Positions 1 to 10,242 of a stretch of 64,000 bases of DNA are shown one piece after another. The notes beneath the pieces are model-generated. The model saw only the letters and a program-made list of their open reading frames with translations. It made no database searches and was not told where the DNA came from. The DNA comes from Octopus vulgaris (Eukaryota): NCBI GenBank assembly GCA_951406725.2, contig OX597822.1, forward strand, positions 112,716,001 through 112,780,000, given 5' to 3'. Each line of letters starts with the position of its first letter. Positions within the stretch are counted from its first letter, which is position 1. A program made the position numbers and the translations under genes.

Positions 1-214
1 TAGAATAAGTAATTGACATAAAAGTTAAATAAAAGAGAATTACAGCATCTGTTTTGAGTCCATGATGTAGTTATAGAATGCTATACATACTTTGATCAGA
101 TTTACTCTTTCTGCTTTTTAACATTGTAATGCTATAGTTGCTGCTTTTAAATGCCATATATATATGTGTGTGTGAATGTGTGTATGTATATATATATATA
201 TAGAAATCAAATAT

Positions 215-339
215 AAAATATAAATTACAAAGTGGGACAAGAACGCAAAAACACACCAAGAGACGACACAAAAAAACAGACGGGTCACTCGAAGCCTCTA
301 ATCTTCAGTCGGAACCGGATCATATTAGCAATTTCGGCT
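215..339. mobile_element. Short element embedded in TA/TG microsatellite (possibly Penelope-like)
   Basis: Homologous in opposite orientation to 24325-24435; both copies are flanked by (TA)n. Confidence 0.55.
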
Positions 340-355
340 ATATATGTGTGTGTGT

Positions 356-656
356 GGAGGTGCAATGGCCCAGTGGTTATGACAGCGGACTCGCAGTTGT
401 AGGATCGCGGTTTCGATTCCAAGACCAGGCGTTGTGAGTGTTTATTGAGTGAAAACATCTAAAGCTCCACGGCTCCGGCAGGGGGTAGTGGTGGCAATCC
501 CTGCTGTACTCTTTCGCCACAACTTTCTCTCACTCTTTCTTCTGTTGGCCTGCTTGCTTAGCCAGCGGGGTGGCGTCATTTGAAGGCTAAAACAATGCGA
601 AGCGCATTGTGACCAGCGATGTGTAACAACATCTGATAGCCTGGTCGGTCACGGTG

Positions 657-657
<1 letters not shown>
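356..657 (+). mobile_element. SINE family B (tRNA-derived head GGAGGCGCAATGGCCCAGTGG), tail type 1
   Basis: A-box and B-box-like motifs (TGGCCCAGTGG, GGTTTCGATTCC); near-identical to 22557-22858. Confidence 0.85.
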
Positions 658-687
<30 letters not shown>

Positions 688-1644
688 CACGTGCCTATAT
701 ATATGTTATATTATATAAAATAGAGATGTGTGCACATTCACTTTTAAGGCAAAAACTTCCATACTTCTGATGCTTGAATAATTTGACCTTCGACATATAA
801 TAGGGACTTCATTTGATATTTTTATTAAAATTTTTTTCAAAATAAAAAATTTCGCTTTTTATATTACATTCATGTTTTTCAAAGATTTTTTAAATATTTA
901 CTTCTGGTTTTCTACCATCCGTAATGTAACATCTCTTTATGTATCTATATCTCTTGTTTTCATTTTCATTTTTCAGATGCTATTCTTTTCATGCGCCATT
1001 GACTCACTTTCATGTTATTGTTTTCACTTTAAGTCTAAGTTTTGAATCGCTATTTACAAACAAACAACAAATTACTGACAGAAAGAAGTTTACAATTACT
1101 GATGTAAGTAATTTCATAATTTACTGACCGAAGCATCTTCATTAATTTCACTTCAATCCATACCGTTTTTTTTGTTTTTCTGTTGTCGACAGTTTCTCTC
1201 TGGTTCCTTCCATACTGGTTCATTGGTTCACTGAGTAACAAATTTTGCTTCAACCCATACAATACTATATTTTCCATTAAAATTTATTATCTACTTTCTG
1301 CATGTCGTATTAAGAAATATAATCTATAAGACCCATCTACAGTCACCCAACAGTGTAAAACAGTGAAGCTTCACAAAGAAGATCATCTCATTGCAACAGC
1401 TCAGCTACTGGGAAAGGCTGAAACCACTAAGACTCTACTCCCTGGAGTGAAGACTGGATAGGTATGCAGTAATTTGGCATTGAAAGCTACACAAATGCCA
1501 GAACAGTATGACACTGTACAGTGCCAAAGACCCCAGCAATGCCATCGTGCTTCAGGACCAGTTACTGCAACAGCCTGGGTTTCAAGGATGCACAGCTTTT
1601 TAATGTTCTCCCAAAGAGCCTGAGGGACCTACACAAAGTGGATG

Positions 1645-2047
1645 TACTCTTTACTCTTTTACTTGTTTCAGTCATTTGACTGTGGCCATGCTGGAGCACC
1701 GCCTTTAATCGAGCAACTCGACCCCGGGACTTATTCTTTTGTAAGCCCAGTACTTATTCTATTGGTCTCTTTTGCCGAACCGCTAAGTAACGGGGACGTA
1801 AACACACCAGCATCGGTTGTGAAGCAATGCTAGGGGGACAAACACAGACACACAAACACACACACGCATATATATACATATATACGACGGGCTTCTTTCA
1901 GTTTCCGTCTACCAAATCCACTCACAAGGCTTTGGTCGGCCCAAGGCTATAGTAGAAGACACTTGCCCAAGGTGCCACACAGTGGGACTGAACCCAGAAC
2001 CATGTGGTTGGTAAACAAGCTACTTACCACACATCCACACCTGCGCC
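1645..2047 (-). mobile_element. SINE family A (head GGCGCAGGAGTGGCTGTGTGG, internal TA/TG microsatellite, (GTAAAAGA)n tail)
   Basis: About 400 bp; roughly 19 copies in the window. Confidence 0.9.
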
Positions 2048-2751
2048 TATGTAGTTGTTTTCAAATAAAAACTGGATCTTTTCGTGTCGAAAGTCCCAGA
2101 TGAACCTACCTCGTGGCAAGAGGTGCAAATGAGGGTAGTAACCTCAAACTCCCTTATTCACCAAATGCCACATATTAGAGGGGGCTCTCAATAATAACAG
2201 CATAGCAAAATGGCAGTGCCCCAGCATGGCCACAGCTCTGAGCTGAAACTACAAAAAAGTATATATGCTGTACATTTTGGTGTATAAGATGACCTTTTAG
2301 AGCCAAAAAATCACACCAAAACTGAGGGTCATCTTATATAACAGTAACAAAAAGTGAACTTTACATCTTGTGGTGTATTTGTACAGAAAACCAGGCCTAA
2401 TCTTAATTTAATACCGACGACAGCCTCTGTGCAGTAACTACCGATGTAAGTACATGTATTTAAAACAATTCACATTAATATATGACACTAATAATGTAAT
2501 AGAACTGCCATTATCTAAACATTTACAATCCACAGAAAACCTTTTATTTCTCACTAAGATTATGAATTTTAATAAAGAGTATTACAAAATATGTTAAACC
2601 AAGATTATCAATTTTGATAAAAATACAAAAAATTGAACATACCACATACACTTTGTTATTTAGATGTTTCAAACATTTAATCTTTCAAAATTGCTACGAT
2701 CATCATCATCTGACCCCAAAAGTTCGTCAAGCAAGTTTTTCTCCCTGGATT

Positions 2752-3140
2752 CGGATAGTGGTAGTACGTAAAAAGCACTATCCGAATCGTGGCCGTTGCC
2801 AGCGCCGCCTCGACTGGCTTCCGTGTTGGTGGCACGTAAAAACACCATCCGAATCGTGGCCGAAGCCAGTGCCGCATCGACTGGCTTCCGTGCAGGTGGC
2901 ACGTAAAATGCACCAATCCGACTATGGCCGATGCCAGCCTCGCCTGGCACCAGTGCAGGTGGCAAGTAAAAAGCACCCACTACACTCACGGAGTGGTTGG
3001 CGTTAGGAAGGGCATCCAGCTGTAGAAACATTGCCAGAAAAGACCGGAGCTTGGTGCAGCCTTCTGGCTTCCCAGATCCCCGGTCGAACCGTCCAACCCA
3101 TGCTAGCATGGAGAACGGACATTAAACGATGATGATGATG
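2752..3140 (+). mobile_element. SINE-like family D (tandem 62-68 bp modules, body, (GAT)n tail)
   Basis: Four GGCACGTAAAAAGCACC-type modules, a shared GGAAGGGCATCCAGCTGTAGAAAC body and an AAACGATGATG tail. Confidence 0.85.
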
Positions 3141-3303
3141 AATGTGGCGGAAGTCGTTCTCTGCACATTTTCAGTGTTTATTGCTTCCGAGCATCTGCCA
3201 CATACAAAAACTATCTTCCCAGTTAGCCTTTCTTTGATATTGCTGCACCTCTTATGTGTCCATAGCTTGAGTTTCTACCTACGCCTTTTCTACTGATATA
3301 ATG

Positions 3304-3429
3304 TTTGGCACTAGGAAGGGCATCCAGCTGTAGAAACTCTGCCAGATCAAGATTGAAGCCTGGTGCAGCCAGCCCTCAGTCATACGTCCAACACATGCTA
3401 GCATGGAAAGCGGACGTTAAACGATGATG
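3304..3429 (+). mobile_element. Family D 3' fragment
   Basis: Body and tail only. Confidence 0.75.
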
Positions 3430-4598
3430 CAATTAACTTTTCTTTGCTCTCTTGGTTTTATGTCACATTTCTCAAGAAATATAACAAATTAATTAAATGG
3501 TGTCTCAGTTTATTGAGCAACATTTTTTTAATGACCATTGACTTTTACCTGCTTTACCTGCTTCGTAGTTATCTGCTCATTAAAGATATGAGGTATAAAT
3601 GCAATTACTGATAATACACTTCTCTAATCATAATCCAATGAAACAATTGAGTGTTGTATGTTTTTATACTAAACCTGATGTCTGACTTTCCTCAGCTGAG
3701 ATAGCATTTAGTTATGATTATTGTTCAACCTTATCACTTGGGTGTTGGCCAATAAAGAATGAGGGTCATTTCAGTTGCTCTTTTTTTACATCAGAAAAGT
3801 CTCTCACTTGCAAATAATATTGATTACCAAGATAAACTCATAAAATGGAGGTGATAACCAGTGTCGCCATTTTTGTATTTTTTTACAAAATATTTTTGGT
3901 ATGAGATGATTTCATAAAAAAAATTAAAAAAGGCATCAAAACACTATCTTTGGTTAGTCATTTCCTTGAAATACCACTTGACCAGCACAACTGTATGATA
4001 CAAATACTTGACAATACCTGCTTTAATACTGCTTTTTAGGCAGGGCAAATTCTAATGTGGAAATGAGTTCATGTTACATAGATATATTACAAGTGAATTT
4101 AATGACTAGACCATTAAGCAACTAAAGGAATATTACATTTATTTTTTTCTTTTTGATGACTAATAACTTTTACTCTCTCTCTTGATGTATTCCCGTTATC
4201 TCGAAGGCTTTTCAGCAAAAACATAAGCTTTCTGTTACTTAGTCATCGCAAGTAACTTGCAATATCAATAAAGGATACATTTGTTGGAATGGGGAATGTA
4301 AACAGTGACATGGCTAAATTTGCCTCCTTTCAGACAGTCCATATCATAATTAGACTGCTAATTTGGTGAAGATATATTTAATGAATAGGACATTCCTACA
4401 CATTGCAAAAGAAATATTAGTTAAGGCCTAATATGTTTTTATTTGGATGTAGACATCTCAAGGCATATATTTCATTTTTTACCAAAAGAATATCTGTAAT
4501 CCAAAGCCACTCTACAAATCACAATAGGCTAAAAATTACTAATTAAGCTAAACTGAAACACCACCCCAACAAAACATAGCTGATCAACCATATATTGA

Positions 4599-4830
4599 AG
4601 GTGGTGAGTTGGCAGAAACGTTAGCACGCCGGGCGAAATGCATAGCCATATTTCGTCTGCCGCTATGTTCTTAGTACAAATTCCACCGAGGTCGACTTTG
4701 CCTTTCATCCTTTCGGGGTTGATAAATTAAGTACCAGTTACGCAGTGGGGTCGATGTAATCGACTTAATCCGTTTGACTGTCCTTGTTTGTCCCCTCTGT
4801 GTTTAGCCCCTTGTGGGTAGTAAAGAAATA
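4599..4830 (+). mobile_element. SINE family C monomer (tRNA-like head plus one 184-bp body)
   Basis: Flanked by CATATATTGAAG/CATATATTAAAG, a probable TSD. Confidence 0.85.
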
Positions 4831-4944
4831 CATATATTAAAGCAAGCAGAAAGTTGTAATGGCAAACTTTTTAAAGTCAACTCATAACAAATAGAGTTGT
4901 ATAATGATATGGTGCTCATGATAAGATTATTTATGATACGTATA

Positions 4945-5301
4945 GGCGCAGGAGTGGCTGTGCAGAAAGTAGCTTGCTAACCATGGGCAAGTGTGTTCTG
5001 CTATAGCCCCGGGCCTACCAATGCTTTGTGAGTGGATTTGGTAGATGGAAACTGAAAGAAGCCTGTCGTATATATGTATATATATATATGTGTATGTGTG
5101 TGTGTTTGTCCCCCTAGCATTGCTTGACAACCGATGCTGGTGTGTTTACGTCCCCGTCACTTAGCGGTTCGGCAAAAGAGACCGATAGAATAAGTACTGG
5201 GCTTACAAAGAATAAGTCCCGGGGTCGATTTGCTCGACTAAAGGCGGTGCTCCAGCATGGCCGCAGTCAAATGACTGAAACAAGTAAAAGAATAAAAAGA
5301 A
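4945..5301 (+). mobile_element. SINE family A (internal deletion)
   Basis: Homology to other family A copies. Confidence 0.85.
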
Positions 5302-5310
5302 TATAACAAA

Positions 5311-6163
5311 CAAGGCCTGATCAATAAGTATCCGGACTGTTGCTATAGCAACGAAGCTAGAGCATGTAGAGTGAAGCCGCTTTTGCAAAGACTGACTTTA
5401 AACTCTGCTGTGCATCCACACTGAATTTTAACATTCTAACTCACTTCTGCTGTTTAACAGCAGTGGTTGGAGGGAACGTGTAGCGTGTGATCATCGTATT
5501 GACCATGACAAAGTTGCCCAAAGGCCCATGCAAGGTTGCAGAAAGTATATGGAGAGGAGTGTATGAGCCGCTCACAAGTGGTTCTGATGTTTTCTAGGTG
5601 GCACAAAAAAAATGTCGATATTAACGAACGTTCTTGGAGACCTGCAACCAGAAGAACTGAGAAAAACATTGCATGCAGCTGTGAGGGGAATCGTCGAATC
5701 ACCATCCTTGAGTTATCAGAGGATGTGCGGATTAGTTGCAGTTCAGTCCATTACCACTGCAGATTTGGGTATGAGATGCATGTCTGCCAAATCTGTGCCA
5801 AAAACTGCTTTCAGTTGACCAAAGAAACACTCAGGTTTCAGTTGCACAAGATCTCCTTGATTGTGTTGGGAACGATGAAAACTTTCTGAAAACTTTGTGT
5901 AGGCCTCTGAGCAGGTATCACCAAGCTTTTTGTAAAATTTGATGCAGATTCTCTGCTCAACCTTCCTTGTCATGGTCAATGCGATGATCATATGCTACAC
6001 ATGTTCCTTCCAAGCACTGCTGTAAACAGCAGAAGGGAGCTGGAACATTAAAACTCAGTGCACATGCACTGCAGAATTCAAGGTTACTCTGTGCCAAACA
6101 GCTTCACTCTGTTTTAGCTTCATTACCATGGCAACAGTCCAGATACTTATTAATCAGACCCAC
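5311..6163 (+). mobile_element. Non-autonomous mariner derivative
   Basis: Imperfect TIRs (CTGATCAATAAGTATCCGGACTGTTGC / GCAACAGTCCAGATACTTATTAATCAG). Mariner HTH fragments on both strands (QKVYGEECMSRSQV on +, EQRICIKF..LG on -). Confidence 0.85.
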
Positions 6164-6276
6164 ATATATACAGAAATATATATATATGTACATACATAAT
6201 ATATGCATAAGTATATATACCAGATACATATGCATACCTGCATATACATACATTATATATATATATATATATATAT

Positions 6277-6610
6277 ATACAAGATAAGAAAATGGAGAAA
6301 TACATCTAAATCAAATATCAATTACCAGATAATACTCAATCACATACTTTATTAAACCACCAAAGTATGTGATTGAGTATTATCTGGTAATTGATATTTG
6401 ATTTAGATGTATTTCTCCATTTTCTTATCTTGTATTAGTAATTTGTGGTAAATCATTTTACATTTGCCCATATAATACAGTAAATGAATTGATTGCATCG
6501 CAATCATTAACATTTATGTATTAACCTTGTTGGGTACTTCACTAGCAGTATATTGGATATATGTTATCCCATAGAGGGTTGCATTTACAACCCCTATCTC
6601 AATTTGTATT

Positions 6611-6612
<2 letters not shown>
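6277..6612. repeat. TA-embedded element with a perfect 74-bp inverted repeat
   Basis: Arms 6277-6350 and 6362-6435 with an 11-bp spacer; flanked by (TA)n. Confidence 0.75.
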
Positions 6613-6659
<47 letters not shown>

Positions 6660-6849
6660 AATATTATGGAGTATGACTCCAAACTTACAGGGAAAAATTC
6701 AGTTTAGTATTAAATCAAATTTCCCAGTTGCATAATAGTGGTTTTATCTCTAATTCAGATTATATATATATACATACACTCACACATATGTTGTCTCGTT
6801 ATTAGACTCATCTCCAATCTGAAGAGGTTTTTACCTTGTAAGCTCCCTT

Positions 6850-7082
6850 GTGCTAATTCACATGAAAAGCACCTGTACTGGTCCATGTAAAAAGCACCTG
6901 TACCAGTCTGCATAATAAACACCCAAGCCAATGCCACATAAAAAGCACCCAGCACACACCGTAAAGTGGTTGGCATTAGGAAAGAAATTCAGGCATAGAA
7001 ACCATGCCAAATCAGACCGGAACCAGCTTGCCAGCTCTAGTCATACTGTCCAACTCATGGGACACTAAATGAGAATGATGAT
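6850..7082 (+). mobile_element. Family D, diverged copy
   Basis: Degenerate TAAAAAGCACC modules, body and GAT tail. Confidence 0.65.
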
Positions 7083-7286
7083 ATCCCTATTTGTTTAGAT
7101 AAAATTTTCTAGATATAAAATTCCTGAATTGCACTGACTTGAAACTAGACAACAATACATCTGTCAATTTTAAAACTAGATGGAAGTGATAAAACCTGGA
7201 GTCAATATTTGAACTCATTTCAACAGAAGTAGACTATTTCATGTTCATAATCTGTAGCAACAGTGAAAACTAAAGGCTAAATTATA

Positions 7287-7451
7287 GGTGCAGGAGTGGC
7301 TGTGTGGTAAGTAGCTTGCTTACCAACCACATAGTTCTGGGTTCATTCTCACTGTGTGGCACCTTGGGAAAGTGTCTTCTACTATAGCCTCGAACCAACC
7401 AAAGCCTTGTGAGTGGATTTGGTAGACGGAAACTGAAAGAAGCCTGTCGTG

Positions 7452-7484
<33 letters not shown>

Positions 7485-7933
7485 TTTATTTTAAGCAGCA
7501 GAAAATTCAACAAAATCTGTTACTCTGAGTTTCTCGTTGCCGTTCATCAGACATTCTAGCAAAAACTGTCTGATGAACGGCAACGAGAAACTCAGAGTAA
7601 CAGATTTTGTTGAATTTTCTGCTGCTTAAAATAAAGCATATTACTCTACCACTGGTATTTGAGTATTCTTTTTTCCACCTGTGTTTACTCCGGGATATAT
7701 ATATGTATATATATGTATGTGTGTATATATGTTTATGTGTTTGTCCCCCCCCCAACATCGCTTGACAACCAATGGTGGTGTGCGTTTACGTCCCCGTAAC
7801 TTAGCGGTTCGGCAAAAGAGAACGATAGAATAAGTACTAGGCTTACAAAGAATAAGCCCTTGGGGTTGATTTGCTTGACTAAAGGCGGTGCTCCAGCATG
7901 GCCACAGTCAGATGACAAACAAGTAAAAGAGTA
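7287..7933 (+). mobile_element. SINE family A with a nested insertion in its TA tract
   Basis: Family A homology interrupted at 7484-7690. Confidence 0.85.
7559..7610 (+). ncRNA. Type I hammerhead ribozyme (minimal, Penelope-type)
   Basis: Stem I GCAAAAaCUGU/ACAGaUUUUGU; core CUGAUGA at 7570-7576; stem II CG-GCAA-CG; GAAAC; near-palindromic stem III ACUC-A-GAGU; GUA cleavage triplet at 7597-7599. Confidence 0.75.
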
Positions 7934-8178
7934 ACTCTCAATAGGTCTCTCAACTAATTCTGTACACAGTTACCATTATGAGTCACATAACAACTCTGAA
8001 GGAACTGATAACTACAGAGCTTACGATAATAAATTCAAATGTCTTTGTTGATAAGCTTTGTAATAGCTTTGCTGCTCTGAGAAATATTTGTATGTTCTAG
8101 GCTTATCAGTACTGATAATTTCCAGTAGATTTTAGCCATTGCATTTGACAACACATTTCAACATCATGCAATGTGAAA

Positions 8179-8627
8179 ATCATCATCATCATCACCGTTT
8201 AACGTCCGTTTTCCATGCTGGCATGGGTTGGATGGTTCGACTGGGGTCTGGGAAGCCAGGAGGCTGCACCAGGCTCCAGTCCGATCTGTCAGTGTTTCTA
8301 CAGCTGGATGCCCTTCCTAACGCCAACCACTCTGTCAGTGTAGTGACTGCTTTTTACGTGCCACCGGCACAGGTGAAAGGGGAGGCTGGTAGCAGCCACA
8401 ATCGGTTGGTGCTTTTTACGTGCCACCAGCACAGAGGCCAGTCGAGGCGGTGCTGGCATCGGCCACGATTCGGATGGTGCTTTTTACGTGCTACCGGCAC
8501 AGGAGCCAGTCAAGGTGTCGCTGGCATCGGCCACGTTCGGATGGTGCTTTTTACGTGCCACTGGCACAGGTGCCAGGGTAGGCTGGCAACGGCCACGATC
8601 GGTTGGTGCTTTTTACGTGCCACCGAC
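8179..8627 (-). mobile_element. Family D (five modules)
   Basis: (CAT)n on the + strand, body, and repeated GGTGCTTTTTACGTGCCACC. Confidence 0.85.
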
Positions 8628-9171
8628 ACAAAATGGATTGATAGTGAAAATTCCTTTGTGGTAAAAAAAAAAAAGAAAAAAGAAAAAAAAAAGCATCAGA
8701 TTCAAGCAACAGTTTCATGGCTCCCAGAAACTTACACACCAGACACCTAGATTATGACCGAAAGTTGGTTGACTGACAAGAAATGTGTAAACAGTCGGAC
8801 TGTTTAATAGAGATACACACACTGAGAGCATGCTTTCGAGATAATTACGACCACTTAGAGAATTATAAAATATCTGACTACAGCATGACAGGATTAATAG
8901 CTTTTCATAATGTAGACGAGTTAGTAACACCTTATTTTCTTTTGTTAATTGTTGAAAGCTCTCAGCTGTAGGGTACAATGACAGGAAGTACAAAAGGCTT
9001 AGCTGAAGACCTAATCCACAATAATACATTCTAAAACCTGGAAGCAGATAGTCAAACTTTACAAAACTAATTAATGGATAAACACCAAGTGACATTTTTG
9101 GAAACAGTTCTGATAAACAAAGGTATCTTATGCTTTTGAGAAAATATTTCAGTGTGTGAGGAAAGGTATTC

Positions 9172-9576
9172 TTTACTCTTTTACTTGTTTCAGTCATTTG
9201 ACTACGGCCATGCTGGAGCACCGCCTTTAGTCGACCAAATCGACCCCAGGACTTATTCTTTGTAAGTCTAGTACTTATTCTATCGGTTTCTTTTGCTGAA
9301 CCGCTAAGTTACGGGGACGTAAACACACCAGCATCAGTTGTCAAGCGATGTTGTGGGGACAAACACAGACACACAAACACACACACACACATATATATAT
9401 ATATACATATATACGACAGGCTTCTTTCAGTTTCCGTCTACCAAATCCACTCACAAGGCTTTGGTCGGCCCAAGGCTATAGTAGAAGACACTTGCCCAAG
9501 GTGCCAAGCAGTGGGACTGAACCCGGAACCATGTGGTTCGTAAGCAAACTACTTACCACACAGCCACTCCTACGCC
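9172..9576 (-). mobile_element. SINE family A
   Basis: Full-length homology. Confidence 0.9.
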
Positions 9577-10242
9577 TATGTACATTCATTCTCATAAATT
9601 TGCTCCTTCTTGGAAGTAACCCAGCTCACACCTTCTTTCCTTTATGGATATTCATCTGTAGCTTAGAATATTTATAAAGTTTTATGTTTTAGTGTTGCAA
9701 GTTGATCTTTTAGGTTTGGGCTGTTTGTGAAGATTATTCCCAAGTTTTCTGAGATGCATTAATTACATGGTTATTTAATTTCTTATTTACCAAAATAAAC
9801 AGGTATGGTGGTGTGGATAAGGTCACTTCCCAACCATATGGTTTTGGGTTTGATGGTATCTCGGGTAAACGTTGTCTACTACAACCTCAGGTTCATCAAA
9901 GTCTTGCAAGTGATTTAGTCGACACAAACTAAAAGACGACCGTATATACATACATGAATATACATGAATGTGTGTGTTTGTATATACTTGCAATCATGGA
10001 AGTGAGGTAAGCAGTGTTGTTAGTTTCTTGTGTCAAAAAAATCTTTCTGTTATTTCATACCTTTGAAATTGTGTGGAATAAGAGATCTCTTACTTGAAAA
10101 TCAATGAAGGGTTAGCATTGGAAAGGGCATCCTACTGTTAAACGGTGCCTTAAGTAACATATTTGTCAAAACCATGCAAGCATAAAATGAAATAACATGA
10201 AACCAGTGACAAATGTAACAAGGAAAGATGCATCATTGCTTC

